A stretch of 64,000 nucleotides of DNA, from the NCBI GenBank assembly GCA_964035545.1, contig OZ037769.1, positions 12,616,633 to 12,680,632 of the forward strand. The letters are read 5' to 3'. A model generated the notes under the pieces. That model was not told the origin of the DNA and did not search any database. It saw nothing but the letters and a program-made list of their open reading frames with translations. Positions 46,841 to 60,700 of this stretch are shown piece after piece. Source of the stretch: Bugula neritina. Its lineage: Eukaryota; Animalia; Bryozoa. Numbering within the stretch: the stretch's first letter is position 1; every line of letters starts with the position of its first letter. The translations under genes and the position numbers were made by a program.

Positions 46841-49800
46841 TTAGGTATTGGCATCTCTCCTTGACCTTTCGGCAGCATTTCGTCTCAACTCTTGCCGAGT
46901 GACACGCCTGCTCCCTGATTGGCTAGGACCAGTAGCAGGTGGCCAAGTGATGGTAAAAGGATTGGCTGTTGCAGATGACCTTGATGGAGGTCGAGAAGCC
47001 TGAGATCTAGAGCGTAAAGGTGAAGGAGTGGGTGACATCGCAGATGAGTGCAATGTGTTGTCTGGTTGGCAGGATTGCCTACGCTCCAGCAAGTGTCCTG
47101 GTCCTGTAAGAAAGGAACTCAAACTATATAAATTTCTGAGAGTAGAGACTGCAAGACTAGGTCTATCCTCAACAGACACCTATTGATAAATATTGCTAAA
47201 ATCTTAAATTTTGTCAAAGTGGTCAGCTTTAAACTGTAAAGATAGTTAATAGCTTTACACAGCATGTAGCCTTGTCTAGACCTACAACTATCGTCATTGT
47301 ATTTTGAAGACAGAAAATGACTCCAATGACTACACATTCAGTGAAAATGCTCTTGCTGTGTCACAAGGCATTAGCAAGTACAAGTATTGTTCAAAGTATA
47401 AGAATGCTGTGGCATTCATCATTGATCATTACAGAACATGTACAATTCAAAGATTTCCCATCATGTTATCAGGGTAAAATACAGTAATGTTCATGTAGTA
47501 CAAATGTAATACTATCATAATCACATGTCATTTCACAAATTGAGAAATGACAATTATTTGTGATCGCCAAGCATCTTCTTAAAGTTCTGCATATAATACT
47601 TTGTCACTCTAAATATTATATACCCTATGCTCTCAAATTGAGAAAAAATAGCAGATGTGATTTAAAGTTATTGCAAAAATCTAGGAAACTTTAGAGATAA
47701 TTAAAGTAAAGACGTACCTGCTGTAGAGAGATTTCTGATTGACTCAGTTTGAGTATTAGACTGAGAACTAGAGCCCAGAGTGAGACCAGGAGCCTGGGCT
47801 ACATTGAGTTCACTTGTTGAAGAGGAAGGAACTTCCCCGCTCGTAGTTCTAGTACCAGAATCGAGGCTATGTGAATTGGAAGCACTGGCAGGTGAGTTAC
47901 TAGGTGAAGGGTCATTAGTGACCCGGTCAGAGATCAATAGGTCAGTAGCCAGGTCAGTATTGGTTGTCTGGTTGGTAGCTAGTCTGTCATTGCTCAGTTG
48001 GTTTCGTGTTGCAAGGGGATTGGTGCGTGAGCTGTGTGCAGTCTGATCATTGGCTGATGCAAATGAAGAGTTGAGAGAAAGTCTAGCATTTTCTGAACTG
48101 AGACGAAAGAATCGAGCCCTTCTTACAGGACTTCTGGGCTCTTCTGCAGATGACCGGATAGAAGTGGGAGGAGCTAAAACAAAAGGAATAAAGTAACACT
48201 CGAAAATTTAATTTAAGTTCTGAAATTGAAAGCAATGAATCAAAAAGTTTCTTCAAACACAAACTGGTTTATGCATCATTGGTAAATTAATTTAAATGCA
48301 GAGTTTGGACTGCAAACATGTAGCAAATTTAAATTTGATTGTTGACAATAAAAACAACCAATTAGTAGTAAAAAGTTTCAGTATATTTCTGCTCAACCTG
48401 GTTGCAAAGTAGTGGGATTATTAATGGAGTATACAGGTGAGGTGAGTGGAGGTAACTCCCATCTCCTCAGCCTGTGAGCCACATCATCCACATCGTTATT
48501 CACAGCTGCAACAGAATACAGGATCACAGGCTGCAACTCAACAAGTGATGATATTGTAGCCAATTGTTACATAATTTGAAAGTTTGAAGCAAGCTGTTAG
48601 AACTAGAATCCAAGGTAATTATTTACACCTATTCATCCAAGTTTATAGTCGCCATCCCTGTGAGAAACCCCTGATAGAAAGGTTTTTTTTAAACAGGCTA
48701 AGGACTTATTCAGATGAGGCACAGGAGCAATTGTGACCGGATGTTCTTCCTAACATTAGTAATGGCCTTTACCGGGATTCGAAACCTAGTGCTCTAACCT
48801 TTAAAGTCTAGACCATGGCTGCTCCAATAGATTTGCATCTACTGCTGTGCATTATATAGTTATGGAATGCATAACAAACACAAATGAACAGAAAATATAA
48901 TAAATGAGCATATTTAAAAAAAACTTGAAAAACATAGCTGCTTTGCCTTGGAAAAACAATTGATAGCTACAAAATATTTAAAACACAATATTGTTATTTT
49001 TATACACTTGAGATAAAAGAACTTGTTTTAATTAAGTAATACAGCTTAGAAGTACGGTTTTGCTTTAAATAGATATGGAAAAGTTATAACCATCTAGAAG
49101 CCCGACTAAACTTAGACGAGAAGACAAGTATGGCAAGACAGAGCTCAGTCTACAACATGTTTTTGTAGTAATGCTTAACTCCCTTTAGTATGACTGGGCA
49201 ATTGTTCAATTCTAAATTAAATTTTTGTATCACTTTTTCTGTTTGATTGCACTCGGCCGTCACTGAAATTATGGTGAGTATTTTAGTTTTTCAACAGTTC
49301 TAAGTTTGAATTGAGTTTGTAAAGCCAATTAAAGTAGTGGGTTTAATACAACTTCTATTCATAACCCTAACAACTGAATTACCAATAATGGAAATTCATA
49401 ACTACGACTTTGTTTTCATGTTTATAAAAATACCATTAATATGAAATACAGTACCCCTGCGTTAGGGTAAAAAATAATCTATATACTAGTGATATAATGT
49501 CTAGTGTAATGTTTATAATATTTTATTAATCTTTGGTCGACGACGAAGTTGTAACTCAAAACATTTTGTTTGTTCCTTCGCAGGCAGCCCTATGTTTTGG
49601 TGCATTCACTCCCAAGTTGGAACCATCTCCACTTTTATTCAACAGGTAACACATGCTAGTAGGTACACGTTATAGTTACTAATTTGCATGGTTGAGTTGC
49701 TTAATGTTTCCTGAATTGACTTAATTTCTCTAGTTTTATGGAATAGCATTATAAACACAATTTAAAATTGTGCTGCAATGTATGCAGGTATTGCACATGT

Positions 49801-52800
49801 GTGTTTTTCATATTCACAAACACAGCATTATCAACAGGTTTCAATAAGTTATTATAACCTCACTATTAAATTATTGCTATATTATAACGTCATGTCAATC
49901 GTCAAACTGATAATATTACTTTTGCAAGATGAAGATAAAACTGGAATATTATAAGTATCCCAAGACTTGAAGTTTTAATATAAACCAATCTAGTTGACAG
50001 TATGTGGTGCCCAAATCTTAGTCTAATCAACATCGAGAACTTTATTTTTTTTTGCTATTTGTTAGAACAGTATTTACTAGTTTTGAAAAATTATGTAGTT
50101 GCAATTTTTCTGTAGATAATAGTAAATAGCTGCTGTTGGAATTTCCAATTGTTGGAATTCACAAAAACTTGTGAAGCCATAACTTAAATACGCGAATAAC
50201 TTCACTGAAACCTCAGAGTGACGGTGGCCGAGTGGGTAGCTGCGCAGTTTGATAATATCCGGCAAGCGAGGGACAGGCGGTTCGAGCCCAAGAGCGCGTC
50301 TGAATTTCCTGCGCCCTAAATAGCTGCCCACCAGGTGCCGGAAGCCACCGGATCTCGGATTTTTGTTTTTCGAAAATTGTGTAACACAGCCTTTAAAATA
50401 CGAGCTAAGTTTGAAAATATGAATACAGATTTTTTTAAGGCAAATGGTATAATTTATCTTTAATAAATGATTCAGCAGATTGCGCTGTGCACATTCTGCA
50501 AGCTGTACTCCTATGGGCGAAACCCTTCTTCACGCCCAGCCATTGACGTAAAACCAAATAACCCTACAGATCTTCCATATCCAGCCATGTCTGGTCTCCC
50601 TCTATCAGAGTACAAGGCGTGAGTTCTGCATCTCTTCAATGCAATAGCATGTTCTGGTATCGAACTGTGTAGAAAAAAGTCTATAATTGAAAACCATACC
50701 ACCATCTTCTCTAGCTATTTCTACATTCAACTAATCATGATGATAATATGCATGAGGTGAAAGTAGACTCATATTGAAAAGTTGTACTGATGCAGCTATT
50801 AGTTATTTGTATTGGTCAGTGATGTCTAAACTTTCGTGATATTCAGTTTAAATCAAACTGGTTATAAATATCAACATCTGTCTCTATAAGGTTCCATAAA
50901 GTCAACTTTTTACATTGCCTTGCCAACCCTTATAGCATTTAAAGTTGTCATATAAAGTCATTTTTCAACATATGGACGTACTAAGTGGTTGTGATCCGTA
51001 GATAGTTGGCAGAGCTGTGCAGTAGATGCGGCTGATTTATAATACGTTGGTTACTATAGTAGACGTTGATAGTTCATGACTGGACTGTTGCTGAAGCCCG
51101 ACTAAACTTAGACGAGAAGATAATCGCAAAAGGGTATTTTTAGACACCTCAAGGATTTGGCAGGGCACTTTAATAACTAAATTTCACCATAATTATATAT
51201 ACTGTACTTACTAGGAAAGTTTTCAAAAGCTCTTAAAAATGTTATTACCCGTCTGATTGTAAAACATACACTCATACATAAACCAGAAAAATAATTATTT
51301 TTCCTGAACCACAACCTTTTACAAAACTGACTCTTTCATTGTTTTTTAAAATTTAACCGATGAAACACACACAGTTTAGTTTAAAATGTGACCTTCACCT
51401 TCTATTAAGTTGTTGAGAGTAACTGTCACCTCCCCTAATTCATTCTCAAACCGTCTAATCTCGCTGAGTTGCTCTCGGTTGTACCTCCTCTGAAGGTTGA
51501 CCAATGAAGTGAGATTATCTCTGTGCCTCTGTAAGTCTTCCTCAAACATGTCCAGTAGAAACGCCAGCCGGTTCTGCCCTGAACAAAAATAACCAGATAT
51601 GTACACCTAAATACGGAAAACTTTACTTTTTAAATGAAGCATTTCTTGATTTTGTGTGTTTCAAGTTAGATTCTAAGCACCTTCAATGAAGGCTAGTTGC
51701 GTATTCATATAATTCCTTTGATGTCTTCGACGAGACTCCTCCACCGTGTGTTCAAAATCTACTGAGCTGCAGAGATCTGGGAAGACAACTTCACCACTTC
51801 TAGACCTGCACAATGGAAAACTATTGTTGGATTTTTACATAAGCTGGGAAAGCTTTTCCCTAATACATGATAGCTTTTCCCTAATACATGATAGCTTTTC
51901 ACATATCATCTTAGCTATATTATGCTTTTCCACTATCATTATAGCTAATACACAAAAGCTAACTTTTTTATTACTATAAGGACCCAGCAGTTTTTTCTCT
52001 TATCCAGACTTGTATCTCGCACTTGTACTTGTTACTTATAACTCATGAGATAACCTTTTCATTTACACATTGCTGTTTCTTTCAGTCTGCTATAAACTAT
52101 TACAAATATTTACTTCTCTAACTCAAAACACAACTTTTATAGAGCATAAAAAATTTACTAGTCTTCATCTCCAAGTAGCTACTCGGCAATCTGCTACAGT
52201 TACCATATCTGGGCTTAGTTAATAGACACTGCATTTTGCTCAGTCGTTTAATTGGTGAACAACTTGTCTTAACACATGCTATAGGTCAGCGTGTTGTTGT
52301 TACCTAATAGTGGGAAGATAGGCGTGTCTCAGATCAACTCCAGCATCTTCAAGCCCATGAGAATGACATCTATAGTCTCCTAATTGACCCTTCCACTGAC
52401 ATCTAACGCATCTGGTACATAGAGGCAATACTAAATGGTGTGCCAGCACTGGTAGAGCAACATGTACAAGAATAAGATGCATGTATATTCCGTTTTGTAG
52501 GATTGAGTATTTTAAAGCAGGAAATCAGTTATTTTAGCAGTAGTGACTAATGAAAGACAGCCACAAATAAAATTCTCAAGTAAAGTGGTCATTTGTATAG
52601 TGTGGACTGAGTGGTTTTTTCAATTAACCGGACAGTGTAACAGAAAATGACCCAGTCACTTTATGACTAAATAATTAGAAAAATACTGAAAAGGATTTTT
52701 TAAAATGAGCTAAAATATGTAAAATAAAAAATAACATCCACTGATTGAGCGCAGTTAAAATCCTTTGAATTGGGTTAAATTTTAAATATTTGCTGTTGAT

Positions 52801-53796
52801 AAAAAACAGTTTATAAATCAAAACTTCCCTAATAATATATTTATAAATTAATTGGGAGTAAATGAAAAGTAATGTAACCCATCATAGCAGCATACCTAAC
52901 TGGCATGCTATTAAGCTGTGATGTGGTGATGTCATCAGAAGAGTAAGTGCCAGAAACTCTGCAGACAGGGCACCTGTCAGTGTTACTATCACTTGTCAAA
53001 GACCATGCATATATACAGCTGGCACAGAACAGGTGCTTGTTGGTACATACATGAGCATCTTTGGCCAGCATATAACTACAACAGAAAGACATGAACCAGT
53101 TATAAACTTCTTTATTACTTCATTTATTTACAAATTAACCGAGCATCCACAAAAATCTAAATAAATGTTTAATTTTCATTGAAAAGACTACAAGACTAAT
53201 GAAAAATAATTTTGATTAAAAAATGCTACTGCTAGCATTACATGTATATAGAAAGATATCACTCGAAAATTGTACTTGGTGTCATTATCAAAGTTTTGCT
53301 ATGGCTTTACTAACCGATTAAAGATCCTAATAGAGCACATAATTAATAAGCAATAAAAACGTTTAAATTTCAAAAATCTGCTACCTTCATGCGATTAAAA
53401 ATGGCATTCAATCTATACTCAAGTAGATTTGACTTAATCAATAAAAACCTAAATAACAAAACTCGAAGACTGGTCTGCAATTATATGTTCATAGGCCTAG
53501 AGCAGCAATAGAGCAAAAATTCTTTTACATTTTGTGTGATTTGACCTCATCAAAATGAGAACCAAATAGTAAAATTTGGACGATACAATATAAATTCTAC
53601 TGTGTAAATTATCTTAAGGGTTTTAACAGCAGAAGTGAGTTGAAATAGCCAGCGGTGATTACCATATTTGACAGCACAGCTTTTCTCTTTCTTCTTCACA
53701 GATTTTTTCAAAGATTTCATCTTTGTATCCACCAACCTTGACACCGTGGGGCTCTAAAATATCTTGGCACACACTTTTAAACACTCCAGATGCCAT
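46841..53796 (-). CDS. RING-HC E3 ubiquitin ligase with TRAF/RNF151-like N-terminus, coiled coil and Ser/Thr-rich tail, about 517 aa; exons 53796-53663, 53075-52896, 52411-52304, 51805-51681, 51578-51399, 48505-48398, 48173-47718, 47103-46841
   Basis: GGYKDEIF...CQIC-x9-CTNKHLFCASC-x14-CPVC, then PVRCVRCQWKGQLGDYRCH; eight phase-compatible exons. Confidence 0.85.
48632..48825 (-). mobile_element. SINE family 1 (deletion in head)
   Basis: Family similarity. Confidence 0.8.
49125..51092 (+). pseudogene. Duplicated intron-containing MPND fragment (copy of about 59682-61860) inside the RING gene intron, flanked by 28-bp direct repeats
   Basis: Colinear match including pseudo-exons 49584-49645 and about 50493-50609; GAAGCCCGACTAAACTTAGACGAGAAGA at 49097-49124 and 51093-51120. 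Confidence 0.88.
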
Positions 53797-55574
53797 CTTC
53801 TGCTTGCTTTGCAATTATTAAATAACAAGAACAATAAATATAACAATGAATGCAAATATATGATTTATAGATTTCTTATTTGTTTAAATCTAATTTTTTG
53901 AATACAGTTTTAACTACCATTTAAAACAATCACTATAAAGTTGTTATCATTCAACAGGAAGTTGCTTCAGAAATAAGTTTCTGGCTAAAATATAAAATAT
54001 TTTACTTTATTTTTAACATAGACTCGCAATTTTATTAATAAATTATTGAAAATTAAACTGCTTTAATTAGAAATATTTATTATTTATAAAGCTTATGACT
54101 ATTTGTAATGTAAATAGTTGATGCAATTATATAAAATTAAATATGACTACAAGTAATAATGAATATTGTTACAATTTTTTAAAACTATACTTCTAGTTGT
54201 ACATATAGTTTCATATCACCAAGTGTTTTGCTAATAAGCATTAAGGTTATTCATTATATTAGTCAGGAAACTTGAGTTTTGACTTGGTAAATCAAAATGA
54301 GAACTGAAAAATCACAGCGACAGTGTTATTTTCAGTGCAACAATAGTTGTTATTGCCATTGTTTGGCTATCAATGCATCAATAATAATAATACTATAAAA
54401 ATTTTTAATCATATATAACTATTGTGAAGTATTTTTCCTTGAGCTAGACTGGGCTTGGGGACTGCACTTCATCTGGGTCGCTGTCCGTGCCTGTTCCACC
54501 ACTAATTCTTATTACTAATTTCATTGCAGAGCTAGAATGACTCAGCTTGACTTAGCTATATAGCTGGCTACTGTTAGCTATTACGCTGTCACATTAGAGA
54601 ATAACCGTTATTTTAAGCTATTTACGACAAGATGACAAATACAGTTAGTAATCAGTATTCTACTAGGCATAGACCAATAAGGTTGGTCAGTTGGTAATGA
54701 TCGGTAAACCATCAGTTGCTGATTGATTCCTGGTTATACATTAGAAATAAAGATGAAATCCAACCCGTGCACCTCTCTGGCATCATAGTTTATTCAGTAG
54801 TAAATGAGCATCACACTCTACTTACGCACCACAATTGGTCATAAGTCTTGAGAATGTGAAGTGAAAACTTCATAACTATGTTATGGTATGATGATATGAT
54901 TACATACATGAAAAATGTTAAACTTGGTAAGTTAAAATAGCGAGCACTTTCAGTACAAGACAATTAATCGGAGCAAATGCCAAACCACGAGAATCAGGAG
55001 CCATGCATTTTAACATTACTGCAAGACTTGAAGTTAGCTCTAACGATTATGATAATTTTAGACAAACCCAATGATAATTTTTTATAATCATAATGATAAT
55101 AGTTAATATTAATAGCAAAATCAAATCTCGCACTCAGATTACCATCATCATTAAGACTGAAGTCATCATCATGGTTTTTGATATTATAATTATCAGGATG
55201 ATTTTCCTTTGTAATTATACTTACTTATATAGTGCCTTAATCATAATGACTAATGAGTAATGACTATCACTATGAGTATGACAATAATATCAATATTAAT
55301 TATCATTGGTTATCATAATCATTGTCAATTGTAATTTACTGATTGATACACTAATACTGGTTGAATTGGATCATCTATTTTGAATTTGATTATTCATATT
55401 CATATCACAATATTTTTCTCTGTAATTGTTGTCATGATGACGATTATTATTATGAATATTCATCATTATGATTGTGATGTCGATTATTATAATTAATAAT
55501 ATTTTAATTTAAATTTTATTTGTTTTAATTTGCAATATAAAACACATTATGATTATTCAAAATTAGTTTTGTAC

Positions 55575-55954
55575 CTTGAAAATAAACTATACTAATTGAA
55601 AATAACAAAAAATAGAACTTTGTCCTCAGCTAAACTAGGGTAAAAAAATCTTGATCAACATCAATATGAATCTGGTATCTTTAGCAGAAACTGAAACTCA
55701 AACTTTAGGCAGTAGCAGCGTGATTTCTGTGATGTACCTTCAGCATAGAGGTTGCTACCGAGCGCATAGCCTAAAATATTAAAAGTGATACGGCGAGAAC
55801 TATTTTCTTCTCAGGTTGAAGCTTTTTTAAGCTTTTTGAAACTATACTAAGGTCGAGAAGCTTTTAGCGAGCCAATGAACATAAAAATGCATTTCTATAA
55901 ACTTTAACTTTCAAGAATTACACTCATTAAATGAGGACATTTAATTTTATCATT
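55575..55954. promoter_or_regulatory. Putative bidirectional promoter and first non-coding exons of the RING gene (-) and MPND (+)
   Basis: Head-to-head genes; CpG-containing core; CCAAT at about 55872; outward-facing donors at about 55574 (-) and 55955 (GTAAGT, +). Confidence 0.45.
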
Positions 55955-57741
55955 GTAAGTTCTATAGCTACACGTTTAAGTACATCTAATTTTATGTGCT
56001 CAAACTAATATTAAACTATTAAAGGGTATTATTTTATTATTAATCCTCTTGTTATTAAGGTGATCTTCCAGTCCCAGCAGCTTTAAGTACAGTAGTCAGT
56101 AGACCTTCACCTTGGTTATTTGTGAGTGTCACAAATTCTCAGTCCAAGTCTCAGCCTGGCATTCCATGTCAAAGTGAGACACAAACATTTTTGATTTTAT
56201 CTTATATTTAACTTGATTTCAGTTTCACTTTTAATATTGCTCATTACTGGCTACTGAGTACTGGATCTCTGTCTAGTACTAGTAGCACTAGCAGTGCCAG
56301 TAGATGTACTTGTAGCTCAAGTTCAAGTTGTAGGCTTTAAGTTCAACTTTTAAATTTAGTCTAACTTTTAATTAAGTTTATAATTATTATCAATTTAATA
56401 TCAATATAATTATTTATATTTTTAGCAATTAGTATTGCTAAAAGTGACAATATTATAACTGTAGGCCTAGGGCATTTGTGATTTGATGAGTCGCTCATCA
56501 TGAGTGTGATAGTGATACTGATACTGATTATCATAGTGAATCAGAATGTGATATTCATCAGTGACAATCAAAGTGACAGTGGTGTTAAATGTAGCTAATA
56601 GTAATACTATTACTTGTAGTCATAAAAAGTTGAAACTGTATCTATGACTATAATTTAATACTTTAATAATCATAATGTGACACTGACTGTATCTGATTTT
56701 TATCAATGTTTACTTTTAGTTATGATTTTGATTATCATTATTATGCCACTGAGAATTGTAAATAATTTGTTCCCGAGACAAGTAATTTTGATTCATATTG
56801 CTTAACTTTAAAAACTGCAGTTTAGGTAAAAGCTACTCAAATAGTAATTTATTGTTAATAATTATTATTTTTATTTTACCTTCTGCTACAAACAAAAATA
56901 TACAAATTATTATTATTGCTGCTAGCATAATTTATAACTTGGTAGCAGTACTAGTTATGCTAGCAGTATAGTTGTTTTATACCTTATAGTTGATATTACT
57001 TTGTCCCTGTGAATAGTGAATAATTACTTCAATGGGAATGTCAACCCAAGCAATCACAATAAGCATGAAAGTAAATGTTATATAAATATTCTTCAGAACG
57101 CTAATTTTAATTTTTGACAGTTTAGTCATTATAACTTGCAATGAATATTTTGATACTTTGAGTGTAAGTCTAGAAACCTAATTGTTGTAACTTACTGAAT
57201 CAAAGTGTCAAAGCCTAACATTTACACTTTAGCTGTGACTGTAATTGCGAGGCTACAGGCTTAAAAATCAGACATTTTTTTCATTATCTTCTGCAAAAGA
57301 GATAGATGAAAAGCATTGCATGGAACTTTCTGCATTTTTAGTGCTAATCTGGACAGACCTACCTGGGTAGAGTGCAAAACTTGTTGAAACACTTTGCTAA
57401 AACACATTGCAGCTGGGATTTGAACCCCATGTGTTTTATCTACTATGTCATTCTATCATCCAATGTTTTAAATGAAAACATCAATAAGATTTACACAGTC
57501 TGAACATTATAAGACATGATGAATTTGTTTTTATTTGTGGAAGTCAGTTGATATTTTATACAAACAGCAATTATTACTATGTTTAACATCACCGCCAGGA
57601 TTGTCTCCATTTCTTAAGGATTTACTGTTGAAAGTATGTCAATCACCCATCAATGTGAAAAATAATCATTTTGACAAAAACAAACAGATTTTAATTACTG
57701 AAAACATTGTGCTTTACTTATTTCAGGAGATAATCAAAGGA

Positions 57742-60700
57742 ATGTCAGAGGTAGAAAAAACAATTCAGAATTTGCCTGCTGGGAATATTGATAACGGTAG
57801 TAAAGAGAAAAACAGTGCAGCAGATAATACAGTAATCCAGCAAGATGGCCTTCCCACGTATAGCACTACGGTACTACATGCATGGTGTTTTAACTTTTAA
57901 TAATTTAGGAATAACCCATAACCCCAACTTTTATTATGAGCCATTATAAGTTCAACTCTCTTGAAAGTATATAAATGTGCTCTTAGAAGTGTGTTATGTT
58001 TAAATTTAAATATTAGCAAATCAAGTTGCTTTTAATTATTCTGCTAGGTCTATATAATAGTTTTTAGTGTTTGTGAAAAGTTTTACCTGACTTTATATTA
58101 TGTAGAAGCTCATATATGTGTTTTTAATATTTGTCTAATGCATAGGATGGTTTATTCTATACAACAGTTGGTTAATTGTATTAGTGCACATACACTAACA
58201 GGCTGTGTTGTATTATTTGATAGATCAATACATATAAGATTTCACACTGCATATAATACATAGAAATTTAATGTTTATATATGATCAGTAGTTAGCATTC
58301 ATTATTTTATACAGTATTATGGTAATGTACACAGCTTTACATCATATGAAATTATGTCAGATGAATATACTGTACTTTACTTTCTATTTAATTAAAATAA
58401 ATTTTCTTGTATTCAATCCTATACTCTATTGTATTATATCGAATACCCCCTTTTTTATATTATATACCCCACTGTATTACATGCTATACTTCGCTGTATT
58501 ATATTTTGTACTCTATTGTAATATATCTTATTTTCTATTGTATTATATTGTATACTTTGCTGCATTATATCCCATATTGTAAATTATGTCCCTTGTATTT
58601 TAATGAATGCTTCACTACATGACATTCTATAATGTACTCTACTGTATTATAACTTATTCTCTGTTATATTTTATACTATACTGTATTATATCTTGTACTC
58701 TATGTTATTATGCTTGTTTCTTCTATAGACTGAGATCACCCCTGAAGTTGGTTATCCGCCCCTGTCTACCAAGTCATTAAAGAGTAAAAGTATAACGTTG
58801 GATCTACTTATTAGAGATGGAGTTATGCAGCCTGGTGACAAAACACTTTCTGTCAAATATCTTGTAAGTCTCTCATCTTCACATTTTACTGAGTCTCTCA
58901 GATTCACATTTTACTGAGTCTCTCAGATTCACATTTTACTGAGTCTCTCAGATTCACATTTTACTTGGTCATTTTCACATTTTACTTGGTCATCTTCACA
59001 TTTATTTTAGTTTACACCAAATCGGACTCTAAAATTATTCTTTGAGAAAACCAATTTTTATTTTTTAGTTTACTTTTGTTTTCTTTCAATATCTGTATTA
59101 TTTGCATAACAATATATGTTTAATCAGTTGCCTTGGTATATTTATATTTCACTTTTATTAGATTAAAAGTTTATTTAGTCAATAATAAGACTATATGTGC
59201 ATGTTTAATGAGATGTTGCATATTTCAGTACTTGCACCCTGTTCGACCTGTGAACAGTAATGCTCAGTGTTATTTACTGACTCTGTATTTCCAGGGTATC
59301 ACTGTCACAGCTGACCTGTTACCAAATGGTAAAATTCGCTCTACTGATTCGGGAGAAATATTCAGCACGCCGAGCAGCTGGGCTATTTCCTGTAAGAAGA
59401 ACATCAACCCTACCAAGTCGTCTGGGTGTGGGTGGAGCGCCGTAAGTTGTTTCGTAATAAACTGGTAGCTGAGGCTAGCCAGGTTCTATGCATTTTTTTA
59501 TTGTCTCGCTGCTCACCCAGTGCTGTTTGGTATTCAATTCTTAGTACACTTCAATATGGTTTTGACTAGTCTGTCTTTTCTCAATAGATCAGGTATAAAG
59601 GTAAACCTTTGGACACGTATAAAAGTAAATGGATGCGAGAAAATAACGACTCTGCACGAGGTTCTCCAATTTCACTTCCTGTAAGTATGACTAGACAGAG
59701 CTCAGTCTAAAGTGTGTAATCAAATTAGTACTTGACTTCCTTTAGTATGGCTGAGCAGTTTGACATAGAAGTGGATTTGTAATTGTTTTTTTTAATTTTA
59801 TATATAATTTTCATATCGTTTCTTCTGTTTTAACTTGGCCATCATTCAAATTATGGCAAGTATTTTAGTTTTTCATCAATTCAAATGTTGAGGCTCAAAT
59901 GCAAAACCAATTAAAGTAGTGTATTTAATACAACTTCTATTCATAACCCTAACAACTGAATTACCAATGATTGAAATCCGTAGCTATGATTGAGTTTTCA
60001 TGTTTATAAAAATACCATGAATACGAACTTTAGTGCCTCTTTGTTAGAGTAAAAAATCATCTATATAAGAGTGATAAAATGTATTGTTTATAATTTTTTA
60101 TTAATTTTTGGTCAGAGCTAATGTTGTAACTCAAATTGCTTGTTCCTTGGCAGACAGCCCCATCTTCTGGTGTATCCACTCCCAAGTTGGAACCAGCTCC
60201 ACTACTATCCAGCAGGTAATACATACTACACGTAGTTATTACTTTGCACACTGCCTAGTTGCGTTCTATTCTCTGTTAAAAAGTGTAGATTATTTGATTT
60301 TTGTAATTGCGTCAGTCATCTTGTTTCTGAATTTTGAGTCGTTTATAGCATTTTATTATTAAAGATTATAATTATAGTTTATTATAAATACAATTTGAAA
60401 TTGTGATGTAGCACATATAGAGGCATTGCACATGTATGTTTGTCGAATTCACTCGCATAGTAATATTATCCATCAACAGGTTTAAATAAGTTATTCTAAC
60501 CTCACCATTAAATTATTGCTTTATTATAACGTCATGTCCATAGTCAAACTGAAAAATATTGCTTTTGCAAAATGAAGATAAAACTGGAATATTATAAGTA
60601 TCTCAAGACTTGAAGTTTTAATATAAACCAATCTATTTGGCAGTATGTGGTGCCCAAATCTTAGCCTAATCAATGTTGGGAACTTTATTATTTTGCTATT

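Noticed and set aside
47104-47179. Longer last exon of the RING gene starting at 47179
   Set aside because: That acceptor is out of phase with the phase-1 donor at 47717 and gives an immediate stop; the acceptor at 47104 fits and has a better pyrimidine tract
50077-50331. Conserved duplicated ORF (also 60718-61029, 50511-50705, 61150-61368)
   Set aside because: Antisense readings of a tRNA-like repeat and of an MPND exon; similarity is explained by the DNA duplication
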